Under the pieces are notes generated by a model, which was given only the letters and a program-made list of their open reading frames with translations, ran no database searches and was not told the DNA's origin. This document shows positions 1 to 8,226 of a stretch of DNA of 18,126 nucleotides, in pieces (the first letter of the stretch is position 1; each line of letters opens with the position of its first letter). Made by a program: the position numbers and the translations under genes. The DNA is taken from contig JBHHXN010000110.1 of the NCBI GenBank assembly GCA_046757025.1, positions 1 through 18,126 on the forward strand, read 5' to 3'. The DNA comes from a bacterium. Its GTDB lineage: Bacteria; Zhuqueibacterota; Zhuqueibacteria; Oceanimicrobiales; Oceanimicrobiaceae.

Positions 1-126
1 TTATTTTATTGAATCCTTTAGATTAAAAAGGGGGTGATTGCAAAAGTCTAATTTGATCTTTTTCCAATGTTAAATTCCCTTGTGGCATGATGACAGGGAA
101 AACAAATTCAATTTGTTCATCACCTT

Positions 127-216
127 TAGAGTTCTGTAAAATGAAATTGCGGAGGGGTGTTGAGTCTCCAGCCTGCTGCAACCTAAAGGTTGAGCACCCT
201 ATTTTGCAGAATTCTA
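127..216 (+). promoter_or_regulatory. Candidate structured 5' leader (cis-regulatory RNA-like)
   Basis: 16-bp stem 127-142/201-216 whose only two non-Watson-Crick pairs are G-U on the + strand. Inner hairpin 174-196 with TAAA loop. GGAG/CTCC helix 151-154/166-169. Ends 15 nt before the SD. Confidence 0.4.
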
Positions 217-243
217 CATCACATAAATTATGGAGGAAGAGAG

Positions 244-2877
244 ATGCCAAAAAATAAATTAGTTTGTCAAATCTGCATTCTCGTAATCTTATCGTTGTTT
301 ATTTTGCCTGATTTTTCGAATTCCGTTTTAATGGCAGGTAAAAGGAACAAAAAAGTGCGATTGGTGCTGAGAGTGGATAAAGCAGATTATAAGGATGTAG
401 AACGAGCGGTCAAATCCATGAAAGGCAACGTGCATTTCAAATACAAAAATGCCAGCGCCTTGGCCGTGAGTGTGCCTGCCGACAAAGTGAAAGCGCTACT
501 TTCCCGACCCACAGTTCAGAGCGCCAATAAAGATAAAACCATCCATCTTCCGGCACCCAACAAAGTGCGGCGGCCTGGCTACGGGGTGGTGCCGAATTTC
601 GTTGAGGTACGTGTCGATTATGTGCAATCCCTTTCGACCAATCAGATGCAGGCATTCGGTGGTAACGAGCCAGACAATTATTCTCCATATACGAATGATT
701 TAACCCGCGCCAGTGATTTTTCCGCTGCGACCGGATTGTTCGGTGACGGCGTCATTGTGGGCATCATCGATTCTGGCGTTTCCTCTGCTTCATCCGTTGC
801 TGCTCGCATAGTTGGCGGCAAAAATTTCACCGGCGACGGGGTAGCGTTTGACAGCCCGGCAAACGGCGACCACGGCACGTGGGTCGCACATTGTGTGGGC
901 GGCGCGATAATCGTGGGATTCAGCACGTCAACTACTGCCGATGCCATCGCCAGATATTGTCCTACTTGCATTCTACCTGACTTTTTTGCCCCGGGCATTC
1001 ATGGTATCCCGTTGTTCGGTCAGGCTCCTTCAGCCTTGTTTTATGCTTTGAAAGTGTTTCCAGTAGGCAGCACCAGCACGCCCAGCAGCGTGATTTCAGC
1101 GGCCATGGACGAAGCCATTGAATTGAAGAAAAAGTTTGACAAAGGCAAACCCGGTGGCGTGAATATCCAGGTGGTGAACATGAGTTTGGGCGGCATCAGC
1201 ACATTCGCTGGCGACGATCCCGTCAACGCAGAGTTGGCGGAAAAAATGGTGAAAACCGGCATCGTGGTGGTAGCTTCTGCCGGCAACAACGGTCCTAGCG
1301 GTATGACGGGCGGCGATCCCGGCTTAGCTGAAAATATATTAACCGTGGGCGCCACCAACGATGCCACCCATGAACGCATCGTGGCAGACCGCTTTTTTGT
1401 TGGTCCCGGTGGCGGGTTCTTGTGGCGGCCGGTTGACAACCATCTGGTGGCAGAATTTAGCTCCAGAGGACCTACTGCAGATGGCCGTTCTGATCCGGAT
1501 ATTGTTGCACCGGGCAAATTTCGATTAATGCAAGGTGCAAATGGGTCTGCTTTTACCTGGGCTGACGGCACCTCCTTTTCTGCACCTACTGTAGCGGGAG
1601 TCGCTGCGCTGCTTTTATCCGCAGATCCCACGGCCAAACCGAATGAAATCAGAGCCGCCATTTTAAATGGAGCGGATGCCGATTTGCTTGACGGCAACCC
1701 TTCTTTTGAGCAAGACCAGGGTTTCGGCTTCGTGGACGCCATGGCCGCTTATGATGCGCTCATGGCAGGCGCAAAAAACCCGAGAGATAGGGGACGGGCA
1801 AACGGCAGCGTTCGTAAAAACATTCAACGCCTGGTGGGAAATCGCAACATCATCACCGGCCGCACCGGCTCCACTTCTTTTGATTTAGAACCCGGTGAAC
1901 GGAAAGAGTTTTTTGTGGATATTGAAAAAGACGTGGTGGAACTCATCGTGACCGTTTCAGGATTGACGCCAGAACTGCCGCCGGCTTCTCAGAATCCCAT
2001 ATTTGGAGATGATCTGATTCTGAGCGTGGTGTCAGCCATAACCAGCACCGATGACGTGTTAGCGTTCGCATTTTTAGCCGGCGACGCAACCTTTAGCATC
2101 CCTGAAGAAGATATGAATTTTGGGCTTACGCGGGTGACGGTCATGGGCGATTGGACCAACGTCGGTAAGATCGCTGGTACGTTGAGAGTAGAAAAAGTCA
2201 AAGGCGATCCGGAATACGGCGATCGTCTGGTTAAAACCCGAATCCGTGACCGCGAGTCGCACTTTTTTGCGGTGGATGTGCCCGCTGGCGCTCTGAGCCT
2301 GAGCTCGACGCTGCTCTGGAAAGATCATTGGGGGCGTTATCCCACCGACGATTTGGATTTAATTTTGGAGGATCCCACTGGCGATTTTAATTTTAGCGGA
2401 GCAAGCTTCGATAGCCCGGAAAGGGTCCACATCGCAGGCCCGCAAGATGGCACCTGGTTGTTGGAGGTCAGCGGATTTACGGTCTGGAAAGGCAAAGAAA
2501 AGTATGAACTCTTTGTGGAAGTGGATCTTGGCGCCATGAAGCTGGCTGGCAATGCCGATTTGGAATCCGGCACGACCAACATCCAGCTGATTCCCACTGA
2601 TTTCGGGCTCACGCAAAACTACCCCAATCCTTTTAATCCGGAAACCCGCATCAATTATGGGCTGCCAAAAGAATCGACGGTATCCCTGAAGATTTTCAAC
2701 GTGCGCGGACAGCTTGTGCGAACGCTGGTGGACGAGGCGAAACCCGCCGGATTTTACACCGTGCATTGGGACGGCACAAACGATCAGGGATTAAATGTGC
2801 CCAGCGGTGCCTATATTTACCAGATCAAAGCAGGGGATGAATTTATGAAATCTAATAAAATGGTTTTGATAAAATAG
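244..2877 (+). CDS. Secreted S8 (subtilisin-like) serine peptidase with PPC-like and C-terminal FlgD-Ig/T9SS-A-like domain
   Basis: Catalytic motifs IIDSG, HGTWVA and GTSFSAP, plus oxyanion region SAGNNG. N-terminal hydrophobic signal peptide. C-terminal QNYPNPFNPETRINYGLP...WDGTNDQG...YIYQI. ATG 244 chosen over TTG 190 because GGAGG (232-236) precedes it. Confidence 0.93.
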   Translation: MPKNKLVCQICILVILSLFILPDFSNSVLMAGKRNKKVRLVLRVDKADYKDVERAVKSMKGNVHFKYKNASALAVSVPADKVKALLSRPTVQSANKDKTIHLPAPNKVRRPGYGVVPNFVEVRVDYVQSLSTNQMQAFGGNEPDNYSPYTNDLTRASDFSAATGLFGDGVIVGIIDSGVSSASSVAARIVGGKNFTGDGVAFDSPANGDHGTWVAHCVGGAIIVGFSTSTTADAIARYCPTCILPDFFAPGIHGIPLFGQAPSALFYALKVFPVGSTSTPSSVISAAMDEAIELKKKFDKGKPGGVNIQVVNMSLGGISTFAGDDPVNAELAEKMVKTGIVVVASAGNNGPSGMTGGDPGLAENILTVGATNDATHERIVADRFFVGPGGGFLWRPVDNHLVAEFSSRGPTADGRSDPDIVAPGKFRLMQGANGSAFTWADGTSFSAPTVAGVAALLLSADPTAKPNEIRAAILNGADADLLDGNPSFEQDQGFGFVDAMAAYDALMAGAKNPRDRGRANGSVRKNIQRLVGNRNIITGRTGSTSFDLEPGERKEFFVDIEKDVVELIVTVSGLTPELPPASQNPIFGDDLILSVVSAITSTDDVLAFAFLAGDATFSIPEEDMNFGLTRVTVMGDWTNVGKIAGTLRVEKVKGDPEYGDRLVKTRIRDRESHFFAVDVPAGALSLSSTLLWKDHWGRYPTDDLDLILEDPTGDFNFSGASFDSPERVHIAGPQDGTWLLEVSGFTVWKGKEKYELFVEVDLGAMKLAGNADLESGTTNIQLIPTDFGLTQNYPNPFNPETRINYGLPKESTVSLKIFNVRGQLVRTLVDEAKPAGFYTVHWDGTNDQGLNVPSGAYIYQIKAGDEFMKSNKMVLIK

Positions 2878-2933
2878 TGATCTACAGTTGGCATCTGTTG
2901 ATCGATATAGCCCAAGTGAAAGTAAGCTAATCT

Positions 2934-2967
2934 AAACCTTGCGGAGGTTTTGACCTTCGCAAGGTTT
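2934..2967. repeat. REP-like nested palindrome / possible terminator after the subtilase
   Basis: AAACCTTGCGGAGGT-TTTG-ACCTTCGCAAGGTTT: 15-bp stem with one G-T pair, built from two tandem ACCT..AGGTTT units. Confidence 0.6.
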
Positions 2968-3159
2968 TAATGAAATTGAGTATCAAATCATTCCCAGAAT
3001 TAATCCTCCCGACAGAATCTGACAAAAAAATGCATAGATTGCTTTGGGCGGCACTGGGCATTTGGAAGTCTATTTTTCAGATTGGCCTACTAATTATTCA
3101 TGACCGTGTTCCCGCCTCAAGTATTGCCAGATGAGGCAATCACAATTTACGCGAGGTAT

Positions 3160-3342
3160 CTAATAGAACGTTTTCATTGAACTCACCGAAGCCCTCTCAA
3201 ATAAATCCTTTTTCCACTTGTAGAATAGGTTCGGATGGATACCATAACGCTGACAAAGCTCCGATACCGGTACCTGATTCTCCAGATGCTCTCGCAGTAT
3301 TCGCACCTTCTTTTCCGCACTATGACGGCTTCTCTTGGACAT
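3160..3342 (-). pseudogene. IS3-family transposase OrfA fragment (HTH_Tnp_1-like)
   Basis: MSKRSRHSAEKKVRILREHLENQVPVSELCQRYGIHPNLFYKWKKDLFE matches the OrfA HTH pattern, then similarity is lost and the frame stops at 60 aa. Confidence 0.8.
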
Positions 3343-3418
3343 AAAGGGCCTCCTTTCAGGCTTAGTAACCACCTTAAAGATAACCCTTCTTTTGTCCAAA
3401 TTCAAGAGAGGCATAACA
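3190..3418 (-). mobile_element. Truncated IS3-family insertion sequence (left end plus partial orfA)
   Basis: Minus-strand terminus TGTTATGCCTCTCTTGAATTTGGACA starting at 3418 resembles IS3 TG...TGGACA left ends. SD AAGGAGG at 3349-3355. OrfA-like HTH downstream. No orfB or right end; the distal boundary is approximate. Confidence 0.8.
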
Positions 3419-3419
3419 A

Positions 3420-4332
3420 TCACCTACAACCTTCACCTTCGATCCTAAAGTGGTTTACGACCAATTTGAAGACCGCTTTTTGGTTGTGACTTTGGAACTG
3501 GTCGTTGGCGCTGCACCTATCGATCCGGGCAACATCTCGCGCATTTCTGCTCGCAGTATCTAAGCACCATAATCCTAAGACGCCTACCGCAGCAGATTGG
3601 CACTACCACGCAATAAGCTCAAAGGACGTGGCTTTTGGGGGCTTTTTTGAAGTATTTGCTGACTACCCCGGCTTTGAGGTTGACGAGGAAGCCATCTACA
3701 TCACGGCCAACATGTTTACCTTTGTCCCGTTTGGCTTTTTTGCTGGTTCTCGGTTATGGATCGTGGAAAAGGGTGTTGGGCCTAACGGATTTTACGATGG
3801 AGGTCCGGCCGTTGCATCATCAGCACTCGACCCATATGCTGCCACAGGTATCTCTTTCCTGGCTGGTACCACAATGCCTGCCCAAGTATTTGGTGACGGA
3901 GGAGTTGCATCTGGCATTGGAACCTTTCTTGTGGAATACTCCGGACTTACAAATGGTGTGCAAGAATTCGTTAATGTCTTTCGTGTTGACGATCCGCTCG
4001 GTGTGAGTGGCGGTCCGTCTTTTACTCAACAATTCATCAATGTTGGCAATATAGAGAATTTCGCTGCCTCATTTTCTCTTCCCGATGCACCACAAGCTGG
4101 TACTTCTGTGCTGATTGAAGTCAACGATCGACGTGCACTGGATGCGGTCTGGCGGGATGCCGCCTTGTGGTTGACAACGACAATTAATCCAAATTCCGGT
4201 CCTGATGCCGGTGAGACCACGGCACACTGGTTTAAACTCAATACTTCTGCTGTACCAGGCGGCACATATATTTACCAGATCAAGGTTGGCGATGAATTTA
4301 TCAGGGCCAATAAAATGATTTTGTTGAAGTGA
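3420..4332 (+). pseudogene. Degraded secreted protein (DP-x3-YD-x4-RF / ADYPG-type repeat domain) ending in a sorting-domain tail fragment
   Basis: The frame from 3420 reads SPTTFTFDPKVVYDQFEDRFLVVTLELVVGAAPIDPGNISRI. One extra T in 3544-3546 shifts it into the ORF-track frame (LLAVSK...ADYPGFEVDEEAIYITANMF...). No start or signal peptide, as it is cut at the IS end. Ends abruptly in VPGGTYIYQIKVGDEFIRANKMILLK. Confidence 0.8.
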
Positions 4333-4399
4333 GTCTGGCAGGCTCAGTCTTTGTGGTCCTTCAAATGCATCACAAAATATCCATATTCATTTTAGAATC

Positions 4400-4431
4400 A
4401 AAAAGGGCATTCAATTGAATGCTCTTTTTTT
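4400..4431 (+). terminator. Rho-independent terminator, probably bidirectional
   Basis: AAAAAGGGCATTC-AATT-GAATGCTCTTTTTTT hairpin with a T-tract and a flanking A-tract, between convergent genes. Confidence 0.75.
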
Positions 4432-4493
4432 ATGCCAACCCACGAAAATCCCAGTAAAAAAATATTCACTTCACCTGAAAAATTCACAACTTC

Positions 4494-4566
4494 GTTGTCA
4501 TTCAGGAGGAATCCTTTTAATTAACAGCAGGTTACTTTAATAAAAAGACTCCTCCTGAGTGACAAC
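4494..4566. repeat. Palindromic MITE/RPE-like element (GTCATT...GTGAC)
   Basis: 20-bp inverted repeats GTTGTCATTCAGGAGGAATC / GACTCCTCCTGAGTGACAAC (2 mismatches) around an AT-rich spacer. Confidence 0.65.
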
Positions 4567-4721
4567 CGGATTCATGACCAATGACCTTAAACCATGAATT
4601 TGTGCATTAATCAGGTTCAATGATTCAATGAAAACTCCCTGATTTTTTAAGTGTATCCTGATGAAATGAACCAACATCCGAGTTGATAACTTGAAATACA
4701 TGAAGCCTTCAACTTTGATAA

Positions 4722-5006
4722 TTATTTTTTCTTAAACAGCTCGTTGAGCTTTTTCATGGCTTCAACTTTTTTGTTTTCTTCGGTGGATTTGACTTCAGTC
4801 GCCGCCAAAAAATAACTACAAAAGGTGGCCATTTCTTTGTCTTTCACGCGTTCGGCCTGCGGCTCCCGACATTGGTTGTAGGATACCGGATCATAGAATT
4901 TACAATTGCGGCAGCAGCGTAAATAGGCATTACACTGCAGGCAGGTTTCATTTCTATGGGGCTGCCCGTCCATGGGAATTTGAGTTTGACATTTATAGCA
5001 TTGCAT
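4722..5006 (-). CDS. Small cysteine-rich putative zinc-binding protein (94 aa)
   Basis: MQCYKC-x15-CLQC-x5-CCRNC...C...C with 9 Cys and a KLNELFKK end. The 51-codon upstream extension in the ORF track is AT-rich and looks intergenic, so the start is placed at 5006. Confidence 0.8.
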   Translation of the reverse strand: MQCYKCQTQIPMDGQPHRNETCLQCNAYLRCCRNCKFYDPVSYNQCREPQAERVKDKEMATFCSYFLAATEVKSTEENKKVEAMKKLNELFKKK

Positions 5007-5176
5007 CTTTGACACCGTGATAAATGAACTTGACTTTTTTATATTTCTGAAAAAATAATAAATTAACATTTTAGAGACAAGTAAAAAGAATTCAGCAGGA
5101 TTCCGATAATCACCATAAGGAAGCAATTGGGCTGTGTCTGACTGAAAATAATTAATCACAATAATTGGCTAAAACC

Positions 5177-5204
5177 TTGCAATTCTATTTAAAAATTGTA
5201 AATT
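5177..5204 (+). promoter_or_regulatory. Putative sigma70 promoter of upp
   Basis: TTGCAA-N16-TAAATT about 30 nt upstream of ATG 5235. Confidence 0.4.
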
Positions 5205-5234
5205 ACGGATTTTAGTCAAAATCTTGTGACCAGA

Positions 5235-5861
5235 ATGAAGAATTTAAAGATAATTGATCATCCGCTTATCCAGCATCACCTGTCAGAATTGCGCAGCTCG
5301 CACACCACCGAAAGCGCCTTCCGGGAGCGCATGGAGCAAATCTGTTTTTTGATGGCGTTTGAGCTAACCAAAGATCTACCCACAAAAATTAGCTCCATCA
5401 AAACGCCCCTGGAAACCGTGGAAGCGCGGGTTCTGGCACGCCAGATCGTGCTGGTGGCCATCCTGCGCGCCGGACTTGGAATGCAGAATGCCTTTTTGAA
5501 GATTTTCCCGGAAGCCGCAGTGGGGCATCTGGGATTCTATCGCAATGAAGAAACCCTGGAGCCGGTTAAATATTATGAAAAACTGCCCAATCATTTACCT
5601 GACTCCGAAATTATTTTATCCGATCCCATGCTTGCGACCGGGGGCAGTTTAAATGCTTCTCTGGATTTGTTGAAAGAATATGGCGCCAAAAAGATTAAGT
5701 GCGCCATTCTGGTGGCGGCGCCCCAGGGTGTTGAGTTTATTTTCAAAAACCATCCGGATATTACCATCTACATCGCTGCGCTGGATCGGGATTTGAACAA
5801 GCATGGGTTCATTTTACCGGGCCTGGGGGACGCCGGCGACCGCCTGTACGGCACGGGTTGA
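5235..5861 (+). CDS. upp: Uracil phosphoribosyltransferase
   Basis: HPLIQH, ILRAGLGM, PRPP-binding DPMLATGGS and C-terminal PGLGDAGDRLYGT. Alternative start GTG 5226. Confidence 0.97.
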   Translation: MKNLKIIDHPLIQHHLSELRSSHTTESAFRERMEQICFLMAFELTKDLPTKISSIKTPLETVEARVLARQIVLVAILRAGLGMQNAFLKIFPEAAVGHLGFYRNEETLEPVKYYEKLPNHLPDSEIILSDPMLATGGSLNASLDLLKEYGAKKIKCAILVAAPQGVEFIFKNHPDITIYIAALDRDLNKHGFILPGLGDAGDRLYGTG

Positions 5862-6000
5862 GGTAAGCTATTGCGAGTCGACGCTTGAGATCGAATTGAG
5901 AAACGGCTTGGAATAGTACCGAAAAGGTCTTTTAAAATACCGAAGCATTTTAGAATAATCAAAATCTGATCAGTTAAATAAAACAAAGTCTTACCATCTC

Positions 6001-7092
6001 ATGCTGTCCTCAAAAACCTGCTGTAAAAAAAAATCTTTACCGTTTAAAACGCAATTAAAGCTTACCTTTGTGGCGTTGGTTTTTCAACTCACCAGCGTCG
6101 GTTTTGGCAGCGAGCTGATCTCAGCAAAGACCGACTCCTTGATTCGAGCCGGAATTCGTTTGAGCGTTCAACAATCCTTTGATGAAGCGCAGGCAATTTT
6201 TTCAGAACTGCAGCATGAAATGCCGGACAACCCGGTGGGCTATTTTTTCCAGGCCGCGGTTTTACAAACGCAGATGATGGACAAGGAGATCTACGATCAG
6301 GAAGCAGAGTTTGTCGAATTGATCGAAAAATCCATTTCGTTTTCCAAGGCACGCATCAAAAAAGTCGCCGAGGACCCCTGGGCCTATTTTTTTCTGGGGT
6401 CGAGTTTGGGATATCTGGCATTTCAAAACGCCAAACAAAAACAGTTTAATTGGGCTTTTCAGGTGGGGATGAAAAGTGTGCAGGCTTTGGAAATGGCCCT
6501 GAAAAAAGACAGTACGTTGTACGATGCGTACCTGGGACTGGGCACGTACAAATATTACCGCAGCAAATTGAGCCGGCATTTTAAGTGGCTGCCGTTTGTC
6601 AAAGACGATCGTCGTGCGGGCATAAGCATGCTCAAGATCGCCATTAAAAAAAGCCGCTACTCGCGTTACAGCGCCATGAACAGCTTTTGTTGGATTGCAT
6701 TGGTAGAAGAGCAGTACGAACAAGGGTGGCAGCTGGCCGAACGGGCTCTGATGGAATTTCCGCAGAGCCGGGTTTTTCTCTGGTGTGCAGCTAAACTGGC
6801 GGACAAGATGGAGCGCTGGCCGGAAGCCATTCGATTTTATCGCCAAATACTGGCGTCGTTCAAAAGCCAGAACCTGTTTTCGCCATACAACGAGGCGGTT
6901 TGTCGAAAAAATTTGCTTCGGCTCTATTTGCAGCAGGAAGATTTCGATCTAGCTGAACAGGAATGCGCTAAAATTCAGGCGCTGAAAGTTCGGGTCGGGA
7001 GTGAAAAAAGAGTGGCGGACGTCCTGAAAGAATTTCTGCGGGCTTGCCAGCGGTTAGGAGAAACCGCGCCTTTGGGAGATAAAAGCGAGTGA
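6001..7092 (+). CDS. Exported tetratricopeptide-repeat protein
   Basis: Helical TPR-like segments (PDNPVGYFFQA, DPWAYFFLG, DAYLGLGTYKY, FPQSRVFLW) and an N-terminal hydrophobic stretch. Exact start uncertain. Confidence 0.75.
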   Translation: MLSSKTCCKKKSLPFKTQLKLTFVALVFQLTSVGFGSELISAKTDSLIRAGIRLSVQQSFDEAQAIFSELQHEMPDNPVGYFFQAAVLQTQMMDKEIYDQEAEFVELIEKSISFSKARIKKVAEDPWAYFFLGSSLGYLAFQNAKQKQFNWAFQVGMKSVQALEMALKKDSTLYDAYLGLGTYKYYRSKLSRHFKWLPFVKDDRRAGISMLKIAIKKSRYSRYSAMNSFCWIALVEEQYEQGWQLAERALMEFPQSRVFLWCAAKLADKMERWPEAIRFYRQILASFKSQNLFSPYNEAVCRKNLLRLYLQQEDFDLAEQECAKIQALKVRVGSEKRVADVLKEFLRACQRLGETAPLGDKSE

Positions 7093-7111
7093 CCATGTAA
7101 ACCGTTTGCGG

Positions 7112-8143
7112 TTAATTTTGGCTTTTAACCGCCAGTTGTCCACACGCTGCGGCAATGTCATCGCCTTTGCTCCAGCGAACGGTTACGGGCACGCGCAAAG
7201 AGTGCAGGTTTTCATAAAAACGTAAAATTCTTTGCTGCGATGGCCGTCGGTAGTCGCCTTCGGTGGCGTTGTAAGGAATCAAGTTGATTTTGCAATCGAG
7301 GCCAGTCACCAGCTTTTTCAAGCGCGCGGCATCCTGCTCGCGGTCGTTGATGCCCTCCATTAAAACATATTCGATGGTTACCTGTTGTTTTGCTTTTTTT
7401 GTGTAATAGATGGCTGCACTCAGCAAATCTTGGATGGGCCATTTTTTATTTAATGGCATCAGGCGCGAGCGGACTTTATCGGTGGTGGCGTTCAGAGAAA
7501 TCGCCAGTCGATATTTGTGCCCCTCATCGGCAAATTGTTTGATTTTTGGGACCAGACCGCTGGTGGAAATGACCATGTGTTTATTTGATAGATTCAGACC
7601 GCGTTCGTCGCTCATCAAAGCACACGCTTTCAGGAGATGGTCGTAGTTATGAAACGGTTCGCCCATGCCCATGCATACGATGTTGTTGACGGTTTTACCC
7701 GTCAATTGTTGAGCGCAAATCAGCTGATCCACGATTTCTCCTGCGGTGAGATGGCGCTTTAATCCCATGGAGCCGGTTGCGCAGAATTGGCAGTCGATGG
7801 CGCAGCCAACCTGCGTGGACAGACACAACGTGGCCCGATGATTTTCAAACATCAGCACCGATTCGATTTCTAAGCCGTCGTGCAAACCGAAGAGGAATTT
7901 TATGGATTGATCCTTCCGGGATGATTGAGAAGTGATCAGTTTCAGTGTCTGAATCTGTGCTTTCTCAACAAGTCTCTGTCTCAGTTTTTTGGAGAGATTG
8001 GTCATCTGGTCAAATGAGCGAGCTTGTTTTGCATAAAGCCACTGGAATATTTGTTGGGCGCGATAACCTGGCTCACCAAACAAATCTACTACCGATTGCA
8101 ATTCGGTCAAATCCAGACCCAGTAAATTGATTTTAGTATTCAT
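7112..8143 (-). CDS. rlmN: 23S rRNA (adenine2503-C2)/tRNA methyltransferase, radical SAM
   Basis: CLSTQVGCAIDCQFC (CxxxCxxC), MGMGEPFHN, YRAQQIFQWLY and C-terminal AACGQL. Confidence 0.97.
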   Translation of the reverse strand: MNTKINLLGLDLTELQSVVDLFGEPGYRAQQIFQWLYAKQARSFDQMTNLSKKLRQRLVEKAQIQTLKLITSQSSRKDQSIKFLFGLHDGLEIESVLMFENHRATLCLSTQVGCAIDCQFCATGSMGLKRHLTAGEIVDQLICAQQLTGKTVNNIVCMGMGEPFHNYDHLLKACALMSDERGLNLSNKHMVISTSGLVPKIKQFADEGHKYRLAISLNATTDKVRSRLMPLNKKWPIQDLLSAAIYYTKKAKQQVTIEYVLMEGINDREQDAARLKKLVTGLDCKINLIPYNATEGDYRRPSQQRILRFYENLHSLRVPVTVRWSKGDDIAAACGQLAVKSQN

Positions 8144-8226
8144 ACCCTTGTTGAGAGAAATTTCTGAACAGCGCAGTTTTTGTTAAGAACAATTTAGTGA
8201 TTGAACGAAAACTCCCCCAACGCCCT

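Noticed and set aside
149..192. SAM-I riboswitch resemblance (GCGGAGGG...GCAACC...GGT)
   Set aside because: Lacks the AUC/GAU P1 core, the GGCCC-UGA kink-turn region and GGUGC. The downstream gene is unrelated to sulfur metabolism.
75..200. TPP riboswitch-like words on the minus strand (AGGGTGCT...GGCTG.AGA...ACCC)
   Set aside because: No CUGAGA or GAACCUGAU core, and the main stem pairs properly only on the + strand.
3000..3024. TAATCCTCCCGACAGAATCTGACA as the partner inverted repeat of the IS3 end
   Set aside because: Only weak similarity to the left-end repeat, no TG terminus and no target duplication. It could be the end of another element, but that cannot be supported here.
2970..3134. 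54-codon ORF MKLSIKSF...
   Set aside because: No SD, no recognisable motif, and it lies in a decayed region.
4575..4631. Short tandem words (TGACC x2, TTCAATGA x2)
   Set aside because: Only two copies each; expected by chance in AT-rich DNA and not a CRISPR or array.
5007..5159. N-terminal extension of the Cys-rich ORF
   Set aside because: AT-rich divergent-promoter region; the Cys domain begins at Met 5006.
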